A stretch of 26,634 bases of DNA, from the IMG/VR virus record IMGVR_UViG_638341087_000020, positions 1 through 26,634 of that record. The stretch is one strand, 5' to 3'. Origin of the DNA: a virus. Taxonomy: Duplodnaviria; Heunggongvirae; Uroviricota; Caudoviricetes. Positions within the stretch are counted from its first letter, which is position 1. Each line of letters starts with the position of its first letter. Both the position numbers and the translations under genes were made by a program. The notes below the pieces were generated by a model. That model did no database searches. It saw nothing but the letters and a program-made list of their open reading frames with translations, and was not told the DNA's origin. Below, piece after piece: positions 16,933 through 25,562 of this stretch.

Positions 16933-17583
16933 TTAGAAGTTCAGATTTTTCAGTGCATTCAGTGCAGAGCCCACATCCTCAGCGTCGCGCAGGGACAGTG
17001 CGCCATAGCCCCCGGCCATGAATGCTTTGGCCTGGGTACGGGAGAGTCCGACATCACGCAGGACTCTTTCGATTTTTTTCTGTTCGGGGATTTCCCCGCG
17101 GGCCAGTGCGTTCTTGACGTCGCTGATCCGCGCCTCGTCGTTAGACGGGAACGTCACCAGGCTGACTTCCCAGAGGTCGATTTCTTTCAGCAGAAAGGCT
17201 TCTTTGCTCCGGTCGTATTCCCAGTCTTTCAGGACGTACCCAATAGAAAGGCCGGTTAACGAACCGGCCTTCATGTGTGCATGTGCGCGTTTTGCGAGGG
17301 GATCATCATCAATAAGCAACCGTCCCCTGACGTAAAGCCCGACATCGTCTTCCTTCATTTCGGTGTAAACACCGATGGGTTCATCCATGCGGTGCTGCCA
17401 GAGCAGCGCAGGTAACGCTTTTCTGTCACTCCACGCCCGCAGGGAAGCAGCAAATGCCCCGGACATCACCACATCATCGTGGCTGTCCTTTACACCAAAG
17501 ACGGAGCCATACCCTTCAAACTCACCGGAGTCACTGACAGATTTCAGACTCAGCGGTACATCAAGACGTTGTTTCGTCTGCAT
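16933..17583 (-). CDS. Prohead protease (HK97 family)
   Basis: Frame trimmed to the ATG at 17583 (MQTKQRL..), which has AAGGA 8 nt upstream; the upstream ATG at 17619 has no RBS. Lies between the portal and major capsid genes. Confidence 0.8.
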   Translation of the reverse strand: MQTKQRLDVPLSLKSVSDSGEFEGYGSVFGVKDSHDDVVMSGAFAASLRAWSDRKALPALLWQHRMDEPIGVYTEMKEDDVGLYVRGRLLIDDDPLAKRAHAHMKAGSLTGLSIGYVLKDWEYDRSKEAFLLKEIDLWEVSLVTFPSNDEARISDVKNALARGEIPEQKKIERVLRDVGLSRTQAKAFMAGGYGALSLRDAEDVGSALNALKNLNF

Positions 17584-18802
17584 TGGCGTTATCCTTCTGC
17601 TTACCGGCTTTACTGCCATCGGAGGGTTTCGTGGTCATGTTCATCGGTGTGAGATAGACATCACCACCGGGACGCGGATTCATATCTTCCAGGTCGCGGC
17701 AGTCATTGGGAGAGTAAATTCCCCAGTTGATCCCGGTGGCGTAGGCTTCAAAACGGGACTTCATATCCCCGCGCAGTAACGCCCCGGCGTTAAATTTGGC
17801 GTAATAAACGCCCTGCTTACTTTTTCGTACCAGTCCGGTGTTGATCCGCTGTTCGATGCGGGTCAGATACGGCACCAGTGAATAGTTGATAAATCCCAGC
17901 CCCAGCTCTTCGATATTGTTGAAGGTGGCGCGATCGGTGTTCTGCACCATGTGCAACGGCACCCGGAACAGACGACAGATTTCTTCAAGCTGAAACTTGC
18001 GGGTTTCCAGGAACTGGCTGTCCTCGGCGTTCAGCGCCATCGACTTCCAGTCCAGCCCCATCTCAAGGATCATCGGGCGGTGAGCATTGCCAAGCCCGGT
18101 GTGACGCTCCTCAAAATCTTTCTTCAGGCGCTCATAAGCCTGATCTGACAGCGTCTGCTCTGTACGCAACACACCCGACGTCACCGCGCCATTGCTGAAC
18201 AGTCTGGCCCCGTGCTCTTCGGTCGCTGCCGCCAGCGATATTGCCTCGCGGGCATAGGCGATGGGATTCAGCCCCACCACTCCGTCCAGCGTCAGCGTGC
18301 GCACATGCCAGATATCCTCCTGGCTCAGTACATCCGTGGAGCCATCCGGGAATGTGACCTGATAGATCGGCTCCCAGCTACTGTTAAGCTTCGGTACCAC
18401 ACAGCCGGGATCGACGGGCAGCAGTTCAGCCACTTCGCCAAATGCTTTCACTTTGTAGGCGTAAAAGTTTCCCCGCAGGCACAGACAGGTGACCACCAGC
18501 TCCCAGAACTCCTGCGGCGTCATATAGCCATTGGGATGCGTGGAGATCAGTTTATGCAGACGTTCGCCGGTGGCTCTCTGCTTCAGGCTGCCGTTCAGGT
18601 GATACAGATTGCAGGGCAACATCCCGACCGACTCTGCCAGCACTCTGACGCAGGAAAAAACCGCCGTCAGTCGCATGGCCCGCTGACTGCTGATCTGCTT
18701 TCCGGTATAGGTGTCGTAGGACAACCCGATGGCATCCGCCAGCTCTGCTGGCGTGGTCACCGGTGCGTCACTTTTTCGTTGAAATAATCCCGAAAAGAAC
18801 AC
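17561..18802 (-). CDS. Portal protein (HK97 family)
   Basis: 413-aa ORF. Starts with GTG preceded by a strong GGAGG 6 nt upstream. Follows the large terminase gene. Confidence 0.85.
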   Translation of the reverse strand: MFFSGLFQRKSDAPVTTPAELADAIGLSYDTYTGKQISSQRAMRLTAVFSCVRVLAESVGMLPCNLYHLNGSLKQRATGERLHKLISTHPNGYMTPQEFWELVVTCLCLRGNFYAYKVKAFGEVAELLPVDPGCVVPKLNSSWEPIYQVTFPDGSTDVLSQEDIWHVRTLTLDGVVGLNPIAYAREAISLAAATEEHGARLFSNGAVTSGVLRTEQTLSDQAYERLKKDFEERHTGLGNAHRPMILEMGLDWKSMALNAEDSQFLETRKFQLEEICRLFRVPLHMVQNTDRATFNNIEELGLGFINYSLVPYLTRIEQRINTGLVRKSKQGVYYAKFNAGALLRGDMKSRFEAYATGINWGIYSPNDCRDLEDMNPRPGGDVYLTPMNMTTKPSDGSKAGKQKDNANADETTS

Positions 18803-18984
18803 TATTTACCTCCACCAACAGACAGCTGTGTACGGTCGAGATATCGCGCTACCAGCCACGACCAGAACAGGCACAACGCCCCGGCAACAACAAACCCCGC
18901 CGGGGGATAAATCAGCCAGGCACCATACGCCAGCAAAAGCGCCCCCAGCACGCCCACCAGAGGCGCGAGAATCAGCATGATCAT
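18802..18984 (-). CDS. Small predicted membrane protein (two hydrophobic helices)
   Basis: 60-aa [52 protein letters not shown].. with GAGGT upstream. Exactly fills the gap between TerL stop and portal start. Confidence 0.4.
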   Translation of the reverse strand: MIMLILAPLVGVLGALLLAYGAWLIYPPAGFVVAGALCLFWSWLVARYLDRTQLSVGGGK

Positions 18985-18995
18985 AATTACCTCAG

Positions 18996-20729
18996 TTAAA
19001 GCGAGCGGATCCCATAGGACTCAATGTGGTCAGACAGCGTGTCTTCTTTCTCGTACAGCATGGCTCTGCCAACCGCCATAATCAGCGCAACTGCACCGTC
19101 AATTTTGTTTTCCGCCTGCTCTTTGACGGGTTTCACCACATCATCGTTACCCGGAATGGTTTTGCCGACCACATTGCCGATACACCAGGTCATGATGGGA
19201 TTGCCATCATGATGAAAGCGCCCCGATTCAATTGCCGCTTCCAGCTCTTTCATCGGGTCGGACATGTTGGTGTAGTTCTGAATGATAGTGACGGGATTCA
19301 GGTCTTCATCAGCAAGGTCATGTGACAACCCGGTCGCCCCGAAGGGGTCGATGGGTGACTCACTGACCGGGCTGATTTTGTTCGCCGCTTTGGCCTCCTC
19401 GAGGATGTAGCGATAATCCACCTCCGCACCATCGGTAACGGTCAGAACGCCCATTTCCACCCATTTCTGAAAGCGTTCGGCTGTCCGGCGATCTTCATTT
19501 TTCTCGACGCTGTACACCGTGTCATACGGTACCCAGAAGCGCGGAGCCACACTGTAGTAATGCGTTTTACCGTCAATCTCGCGGGTATAAAGTCGCGCCA
19601 TGCTGTTCATATCCAGCTTACGCGCCAGGTCAAAGGCCAGAATGCACGGCTGCCCCTCGAACTGCTCAAGGGTCAGTGATTTATCCTCGCAGCTCTGCCA
19701 GCTCACCAGGTTGAAATACGCCGAACGCGCCGACACCCAGATATTGAGGTGTTTTGTTTTAAAGACGTTTGCCAGACGGGCGTTATTTTTCGCACGCTGC
19801 TGCTGACTTAACAAAAATTCGCGATAAACCGACACGCCAATATTTGGATTGGCTTTTTCCAGCACCTGCGGGTCGGTCCAGTCATCGCCTTCGTCAACGG
19901 TATAGATGATCCCGAACAGTTCATCGTTGGGTACCGAACCGTTGAGCATCTCGATAACTTCCCGCCGCTTGTCGTAGCACGGCCCCTCAATGTTGTACCC
20001 GGCGGTGGTGATGGCCCACATCAGTGGCTGACGTCGCGCGCCCATCCCGGTAAGCATCGTGGTATAAAGCGCATCGGTGGCGTGCTCGTGATATTCATCC
20101 ACCACGGCACAGTGGGGTGATGAACCATCACCGGGGTTACCGATCAGCGGTTCAAACCGCGCGCCATCCTCCGGACGGTTCATGTTTGAGGCGTTAACCT
20201 CAATCCCGAACGCTTCCGTCAGCATGGGTGTGCGTTTACACATCAGTCGCGCCGGGCGAAAGACTTCCCACGCCTGTTTCTCTGTCGTGGCACCGGAATA
20301 CACTTCCGCGCCAAACTCGTTATCACAGGCAAAACAATACAGGGCAACACCGGCAGAGATTGCCGATTTGCCGTTCTTACGGGGGATTTCGGTATACACC
20401 TCCCTGAAGCGGCGCAGCCGGGAGCCTTTATTGACCCAGCCAAACGCACAGCAGATCACAAAGAGCTGCCACGGTTCCAGCGTGATGGGCATCCTCTTGA
20501 ATGCCCACTCCCCCTTGGTGTGTGGCAACAGCTGAATAAATTTCGCGGCCCGTTCAGCCAGGTCCTTGTCGAAGCGGTAACGAAACGACTTACTTTTTTC
20601 CGCCATCAGGTCATCAAGATGGCGCTGGCAGGCCTGAATCACAAACTGGCAGGCCACAATCTTTCCGCGCACGACATCACGGGCATACTGATTGGCAGCA
20701 TTTACGTTGGGGTAAGATTTCCGGCTCAT
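18996..20729 (-). CDS. Terminase large subunit
   Basis: 577-aa ORF with an N-terminal ATPase region (..[14 protein letters not shown].. Walker A-like) and C-terminal nuclease region. Its ATG overlaps the TerS stop as ATGA, implying translational coupling. Confidence 0.9.
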   Translation of the reverse strand: MSRKSYPNVNAANQYARDVVRGKIVACQFVIQACQRHLDDLMAEKSKSFRYRFDKDLAERAAKFIQLLPHTKGEWAFKRMPITLEPWQLFVICCAFGWVNKGSRLRRFREVYTEIPRKNGKSAISAGVALYCFACDNEFGAEVYSGATTEKQAWEVFRPARLMCKRTPMLTEAFGIEVNASNMNRPEDGARFEPLIGNPGDGSSPHCAVVDEYHEHATDALYTTMLTGMGARRQPLMWAITTAGYNIEGPCYDKRREVIEMLNGSVPNDELFGIIYTVDEGDDWTDPQVLEKANPNIGVSVYREFLLSQQQRAKNNARLANVFKTKHLNIWVSARSAYFNLVSWQSCEDKSLTLEQFEGQPCILAFDLARKLDMNSMARLYTREIDGKTHYYSVAPRFWVPYDTVYSVEKNEDRRTAERFQKWVEMGVLTVTDGAEVDYRYILEEAKAANKISPVSESPIDPFGATGLSHDLADEDLNPVTIIQNYTNMSDPMKELEAAIESGRFHHDGNPIMTWCIGNVVGKTIPGNDDVVKPVKEQAENKIDGAVALIMAVGRAMLYEKEDTLSDHIESYGIRSL

Positions 20730-21220
20730 GATTCGATGATTTTCAGAAACGGGTTAGTGGCTTTCTTCTGCCCCGCCAGGCCAATCAGACGCTGGCGGCT
20801 GCTGGGGTCGAGTCCGAGCATTGCCCCCGTGCTGCTCATCTCGGACTCCTGTTCTTTCTTGGCGGTCAGCTCCGGATTTTTGACCATGCCACCCATTGCA
20901 CCGGTGATGGTGTTGCCCTGTCTGGCAATATTTTTCACGGCACGCCGCCAGAACTCGTAGGCCACGCACCACCGCTCAAGCACCGCGAGGTCAGTCACGC
21001 ACAGCAGGCCCTGACCGCAGAGTTCTTTGGTTGTCAGTTGCCACATGATCGTGGCGAGAGGGAGATCTTCTTCAGCGAACCACTCCGGTGGCTCAACACC
21101 TTTGATGGGCGTAAAAACAGGTTCATCTTTATTCAGGGCTCGCTTGCCGGGGTTTCCGGCCAGCGCCTTGCGCGCCGTTGGCTTGGGGCGACGCCCGGAA
21201 CGCCCCGCCGTTCCAGCCAT
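20726..21220 (-). CDS. Terminase small subunit (P27-family-like)
   Basis: Frame trimmed to the ATG at 21220 ([14 protein letters not shown]..), which has AGGAG 8 nt upstream. Basic N-terminus; immediately upstream of TerL. Confidence 0.7.
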   Translation of the reverse strand: MAGTAGRSGRRPKPTARKALAGNPGKRALNKDEPVFTPIKGVEPPEWFAEEDLPLATIMWQLTTKELCGQGLLCVTDLAVLERWCVAYEFWRRAVKNIARQGNTITGAMGGMVKNPELTAKKEQESEMSSTGAMLGLDPSSRQRLIGLAGQKKATNPFLKIIES

Positions 21221-21270
21221 ATGCGGCACTCCTGGTTAAATTTCATTTTTCGCGGGTATAAAAAAACGAT

Positions 21271-21319
21271 GGGGCGGGCAGTCCGGAAGACGTCAGGTCA
21301 CAGAGATTTGACCCGCCCC
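21271..21319. other. Candidate cos region: GC-rich inverted repeat GGGGCGGG(N33)CCCGCCCC
   Basis: Lies in the 116-bp gap between the packaging HNH gene and TerS, where HK97-type phages place cos. GGGGCGGGCAGTCC recalls the lambda cohesive-end sequence GGGCGGCGACCT. Confidence 0.3.
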
Positions 21320-21345
21320 TCCCCTCAGACAGTTGAGAGGTATTA

Positions 21346-21696
21346 TCACTTAAGCCGTTCACGGGCCGTCTTCGCCTTATGACACGGCCAGCACAGACTC
21401 TGCAGATTACTGTCAGCATCAGTGCCGCCATGTGCTTTAGGGATGATGTGGTCAACGGTTTTCGCTTCACGCGCCACACCAGCACGCAGACATAACAGAC
21501 ACAGGCCTTTGTCACGCTTCAGGACACGCACCCGGATACCGTCCCACTTCGAACCATAACCACGCTGATGGCGGGACTGGCCCGGCTTGTATTGCTTCCA
21601 GCCTTCACTTTTGTGGCTTTCGCAATAGCCTGACGGGTCAGTCGTGGTATGGCGGCAACCGCGGACGCGGCAGGCTTTTGGTGTTCGTGGTGGCAT
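21346..21696 (-). CDS. HNH endonuclease (packaging-associated, HK97 gp74-like)
   Basis: 116-aa ORF with Cys-rich zinc motifs and an HNH core (..DHIIPKAHGGTDADSNLQSLCWPCHKAKT..), immediately upstream of the TerS/TerL genes. Confidence 0.85.
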   Translation of the reverse strand: MPPRTPKACRVRGCRHTTTDPSGYCESHKSEGWKQYKPGQSRHQRGYGSKWDGIRVRVLKRDKGLCLLCLRAGVAREAKTVDHIIPKAHGGTDADSNLQSLCWPCHKAKTARERLK

Positions 21697-21837
21697 TGTA
21701 AGATTCTCTTCGGTAGTGTATATGCAATAAACAAATGACCTGTATGAGATCTCATTCTGGATAGATAATGAGTGACCATCACAAACCTAAGGTTGTAAAT
21801 GTTACTTTGAAATCAACTTAAAATTGGTGGACATCAA

Positions 21838-22233
21838 ATGAGTAAAGACAAAAATGCACCTTCTCTGCCCTCTACAGGGATTTATATTGAAAAGGGTTTT
21901 GGAAATCAGCTTTCTAACATAACATCGGTAGGATATGACGTAGGCATTCGCTTCGATGAAGCTTACAATAATAAGTTTTCTTCAGTTCAAGTTATCAGCT
22001 TAGACGCGCTAACTGTGTTAGAACAAACTAAAATTCAATTATTAAACTTGAACATTGATGAAAAATTAAAAAATGAAATTAATAACAAACTTGACGAAAT
22101 TAAAACGGCTCCATCTAAAGAGAGCGCCTCAAACTCATACATTAAATTAATGTCATCACTATCAGATCATGTCACTGTTCTTACGCCACTCTGGCCGCAT
22201 TTATGTACATTAGCTGGTAGCCTCATTGCGTAA
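21838..22233 (+). CDS. Hypothetical protein; opposite-strand AT-rich moron
   Basis: 131-aa ORF on the plus strand inside an otherwise minus-strand late operon. Visibly AT-rich with GGTGGA upstream of the ATG; no recognisable motif. Confidence 0.5.
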   Translation: MSKDKNAPSLPSTGIYIEKGFGNQLSNITSVGYDVGIRFDEAYNNKFSSVQVISLDALTVLEQTKIQLLNLNIDEKLKNEINNKLDEIKTAPSKESASNSYIKLMSSLSDHVTVLTPLWPHLCTLAGSLIA

Positions 22234-22524
22234 CATTATCGCAGGTACTCGGTGAATGCCTGCTGTAATGCCTGCCACACTCTCGCAGTGGCCGCGCTCA
22301 TGCCCTTGAGACCATGTGTCAGGGGTATCTCGTGAATCCCTCACCACTAACCGAAAGCTGACCGGCGATCAACCTGGGGCACCAGCGCGCTTCTTCCCGT
22401 TAACCCTCACCAGCGCGCTATCAGCTTTTTACCTGAAACTGGCTACCAGCAACTTTGGGTATTCGGGGCAGCGTAATTACTGCTGCATTGGCACTACTTG
22501 CCGCGGTCTTTCCGCTTTACAGCT

Positions 22525-22782
22525 TTATGGCCAGCTCCTCTCTGCCTCAATTTTATGAATATCAGCTTTATCCCTATTACAGGCAGCCAGAGCCGACAAC
22601 AGACTCACATTCAAATCCAAGCTTCCACCGTAGGTCAATGGATCAGGAATAACCGGTTGAGGGGTTTCAGCGGTTAGGTTCGCCGGTAGTGGTACCGCCG
22701 GAACTGGCTCGTAAACTGTCCGCGTACTTCCGCAACCGGTCAGCAGCGGTAGCAGGCACAGGACGTGAAGCGCAATCATCAT
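22525..22782 (-). CDS. Rz1: o-spanin (Rz1-like outer-membrane lipoprotein)
   Basis: Start set at internal ATG ATG (22782). Signal peptide MMIALHVLCLLPLLTG followed by lipobox Cys, then a proline-rich mature region. Begins in the +1 frame inside Rz and extends past its stop. Confidence 0.65.
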   Translation of the reverse strand: MMIALHVLCLLPLLTGCGSTRTVYEPVPAVPLPANLTAETPQPVIPDPLTYGGSLDLNVSLLSALAACNRDKADIHKIEAERSWP

Positions 22783-23059
22783 TCGCAATAGCCACTTTGA
22801 TATCTTCCTGGGTTCTCTGTGACTCCAGTGCGATCTGCTGTTTTGCATGCTGGTTAGCCTCCAGTACTGTATTGACGATTTGCAGTGATTGCAGGATGTT
22901 ATTGGTAATGGCAGTTGCCAATTTGGCATTTTGTACAGCCTCATCAGCACGTTTCTTTTCGTACTGATATTTGCTGTAGTAGTGGTTGGCTGACCAGATG
23001 AAAGAACCAATGACAGTAACGAAGAAAGCAGAGATAACCAGCTTATAGCTCAACTTCAT
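22667..23059 (-). CDS. Rz: i-spanin (Rz-like)
   Basis: 130-aa ORF with an N-terminal transmembrane helix and coiled-coil-like remainder, immediately downstream of the endolysin gene. Confidence 0.7.
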   Translation of the reverse strand: MKLSYKLVISAFFVTVIGSFIWSANHYYSKYQYEKKRADEAVQNAKLATAITNNILQSLQIVNTVLEANQHAKQQIALESQRTQEDIKVAIANDDCASRPVPATAADRLRKYADSLRASSGGTTTGEPNR

Positions 23060-23519
23060 TTACCACCCCACCAGCCTCTTTAAACCGGGAAATCAGGTCG
23101 CCAATTTTATGTTCATACTGACCGTAACCTGCACCAGGTAAAGACGCCCAGATATTGCTGCAACGGTCGATTGCCTGACGAATATTGCCGCGATCAATCA
23201 TCGGTAAAGCGCCACGCTCTTTAATCTGCTGTAATGCCACTGAGTCCTGGCTTCTGGGAGAGAAGTCTTTCAGCCCAAGCTGCTTGCGGTAAGCATCCCA
23301 CCAACGTGAAAGAAGTTGATAACGGCCTGCAGCTGTTGATTTGAGTTTCGGGTTTAGCGTGACAAGTTTGCGAGGGTGATCGGAGTAATCAGTGAAGAGT
23401 TCGCCACCGACAATAACGTCATAACCGTGGTTACGTGTCGGTTGTCGCCCGTTATCCGTTCCTTCTGACCATGCCACCATATCCAGGAAAGCTTTACGCT
23501 GGGAATTTAGTACCTGCAT
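23043..23519 (-). CDS. R: Endolysin, lambda R-type lytic transglycosylase
   Basis: 158-aa protein that is near-identical over most of its length to phage lambda R as I remember it (..QRKAFLDM.AWSEGTDNGRQ.TRNHGYDVIVGGELFTDYSDHPRKLVTLNPKLKST.AGRYQLLSRWWDAYRKQLGLKDFSP..). Confidence 0.9.
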   Translation of the reverse strand: MQVLNSQRKAFLDMVAWSEGTDNGRQPTRNHGYDVIVGGELFTDYSDHPRKLVTLNPKLKSTAAGRYQLLSRWWDAYRKQLGLKDFSPRSQDSVALQQIKERGALPMIDRGNIRQAIDRCSNIWASLPGAGYGQYEHKIGDLISRFKEAGGVVNEVEL

Positions 23520-23522
23520 AAA

Positions 23523-23858
23523 TTACTCCTTAGAGCCACCAAACTTGTTACCGATTACTCTCATTGCAGCCCCACGAATAGCATCGACACCGATCAACCC
23601 AACGCCACCACCAATGGCAACAGAAAGCGATTTAGGCCATCCGACATACTCAAGAGCGGATGCAAAAGTCAGCGTCAGAGCGCCGCAGAGCAAAATCTCG
23701 AGCGTTTTTCGCTTCCAGCCACCACCACCGCCAAAATAGGCGATGCGCAAACCAGCCATAACGATCGACATAATCACTGCACCCAGCGGTGTGTCTCCAC
23801 GCCACCAGCTCTGAAACAACTCCAGCCAGTCCGGCCAGGTATTTGGGTTATGAGGCAT
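23523..23858 (-). CDS. Holin (three predicted transmembrane helices)
   Basis: Start set at the first ATG (23858; MPHNPNTW..); the longer ORF-track frame begins with GTG and overlaps a terminator hairpin. Three hydrophobic segments; immediately upstream of the endolysin gene. Confidence 0.6.
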   Translation of the reverse strand: MPHNPNTWPDWLELFQSWWRGDTPLGAVIMSIVMAGLRIAYFGGGGGWKRKTLEILLCGALTLTFASALEYVGWPKSLSVAIGGGVGLIGVDAIRGAAMRVIGNKFGGSKE

Positions 23859-23903
23859 TTCGTCATCTCTCACCTCGCGATATTTGCGGGTGCTGTGTTG
23901 GAA

Positions 23904-23927
23904 ATAAAAAGGCCACGCAACGTGGCC
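23904..23927 (-). terminator. Candidate intrinsic terminator just upstream of the holin gene
   Basis: On the minus strand a 7-bp stem (GGCCACG/CGTGGCC), 3-nt loop, then TTTTTAT, about 45 nt upstream of the holin ATG. Confidence 0.45.
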
Positions 23928-23934
23928 ACCAGAA

Positions 23935-24309
23935 TTATTTCCCCACCAGTTCACTTACCTCTTTCACCGTCTGATTAAACCGCTCTGACTCAAGTTCAAC
24001 ACCTAACGCCCGACGCCCCAGCGCCATTGCTGCTTTTATTGTGGAACCTGATCCCATAAAGAAATCAGCAACCAGATCACCTGGTCGACTACTGGCATTG
24101 ATTATTTGCCGGAGCATATCCGCCGGTTTCTCGCACGGATGTTTACCCGGGTAGAACTGAACGGGCTTATGCGTCCTGACATCGGTATAAGGCACGGAGA
24201 CTGATACGGAGAAATAGCGCCGGAGAGATTTAAACTCATCCAGCAATTCAGAAGATTTGCAATTCAGTGAATCATGAGATACCACCAACTGGTGGTAGGA
24301 TTGTCTCAA
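23935..24309 (-). pseudogene. 5'-truncated DNA methyltransferase remnant (beta-class N6-adenine/N4-cytosine type)
   Basis: Open frame with no ATG until residue about 64, opening right after an in-frame TAG. Carries the ..HPCEKP.. and FFMGSGST (SAM-binding F-x-G-x-G) motifs but lacks the catalytic (D/S)PPY region normally N-terminal in this class. The AT-rich insert starts where the N-terminus should be. Confidence 0.6.
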
Positions 24310-24483
24310 CTAGTGAGCTTTATACATTTAAGTGCGATGCACAGATAATAACCACGCCAATGGAATATCACACACAAAATTGATAGAACACTAACAATAA
24401 GCCATGAAATAATTCACGATTTATTTTTACAATGGATAAGTAGCAAAGTAGTGAATGTGAATAACGGCTAACTAAGATGAAAC

Positions 24484-24510
24484 AAAAAGCCCCACAATCT
24501 GTGGGGCTCC
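24484..24510 (-). terminator. Candidate intrinsic terminator downstream of the small Gns-like gene
   Basis: On the minus strand an 8-bp stem (AGCCCCAC/GTGGGGCT), 5-nt loop, then TTTTTGTTT. Confidence 0.5.
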
Positions 24511-24566
24511 TTCGCGACTTATAGTAAAATAATCGATTCTCTAGCTGAAAAAATCTTTAAAAATTA

Positions 24567-24752
24567 TCAGCAATACGCAAGTTTTTTACCGTCATCCGGT
24601 ACTAGTTTGATCACTACACCAGGATTCTTACGCTCTAACATCTGAGTTTGACTCCATGTAATACCAAAGGTTTCCATTGGAGATGCATTGCCAGCAAAGA
24701 GTTCGGCGACGACTTTAGCTGCCTCAATCTCTATCTGCTCATGATGTTTCAT
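24567..24752 (-). CDS. Small protein (61 aa), possibly GnsA/GnsB-like
   Basis: Start set at the ATG with AAGGGGA 6 nt upstream (MKHHEQIEIEAAKVVAELFAG..VVIKLVPDDGKKLAYC). Length and helix-then-strand pattern recall the Gns family from remembered sequence only. Confidence 0.45.
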   Translation of the reverse strand: MKHHEQIEIEAAKVVAELFAGNASPMETFGITWSQTQMLERKNPGVVIKLVPDDGKKLAYC

Positions 24753-24943
24753 AAAAATCCCCTTGTTCAGCACTAAGCTGTAGTTGCTTCTTTGAAGCAT
24801 AAAGGCAACAAAGTTTGTTACCTGAAGATGTATAAAGTAAAGCGTAGTACATTTTGTGTGTGCTTTGTGTGGATCCAGATTGCATCAACTAAAAGAGGTT
24901 TTCAATACTTTTGTAATGATTCTGGAGAAATTAAGAATCTAAC

Positions 24944-25486
24944 TCACACTGATTGGTTAGGTAAAACACTCCTAAGCACCATTGCGCAACCACCTCGTTC
25001 GTAATCAGCAATGTACTCAAAACCACTTTCAGTATAGTATCTTATTGCCCCATCAACTGGACTAACTAAAGCTATCGAATCAATAGATTCACCCTGAAGG
25101 TTCAGAAATCGTGCATATGCAGAGAAGCAATCCAAAACGATACCAAGCATCTGATGGTCTAGGTCTTCATGTGCATCATTACGTTTTTCCATCCAGCAAA
25201 TATGCACCGCATTTTTCGGCTTACAGTAACACCCAAATGCAAATCCAATAGGCTCCCCACGATAATAAACAACTAGTTTTATCGGGTGTTCTTCCATCAT
25301 ATCCATAAACACTCGCGACTTTAGTCCGGGATCCCACCGCAGTTTATTGTTCGCCTTGAGGAACTCCATATCTTTTAGTACCAGCTCGTCGGCATATACG
25401 AGCCCTAACGACTTATGAGGGAAGCGCCCTTTTAAATACTCTGCAACATTTTTAAATACTGCTGTTTGGAAGGCTTGAAACATCAT
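24944..25486 (-). CDS. Hypothetical protein, possibly GNAT-fold (acyl-CoA N-acyltransferase-like)
   Basis: 180-aa ORF in AT-rich DNA between the Q-like gene and the lysis cassette. C-terminal ..PVDGAIRYYTESGFEYI.. resembles the GNAT motif-B signature; the upstream Q-x-x-G-x-V segment is only a weak motif-A match. Weak RBS. Confidence 0.45.
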   Translation of the reverse strand: MMFQAFQTAVFKNVAEYLKGRFPHKSLGLVYADELVLKDMEFLKANNKLRWDPGLKSRVFMDMMEEHPIKLVVYYRGEPIGFAFGCYCKPKNAVHICWMEKRNDAHEDLDHQMLGIVLDCFSAYARFLNLQGESIDSIALVSPVDGAIRYYTESGFEYIADYERGGCAMVLRSVLPNQSV

Positions 25487-25562
25487 GTCGATCCAGACGA
25501 GACGAAAGTTTAAATTCTACCTACTCGCCGAATACCATTTCAATGCCACACATCTAAAATTC

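Noticed and set aside
22316-22652. Plus-strand ORFs 22316-22558 and 22455-22652 in the spacer after the spanin genes
   Set aside because: They fall in a GC-rich non-coding-looking spacer with repeat elements, have no RBS, and give low-complexity translations.
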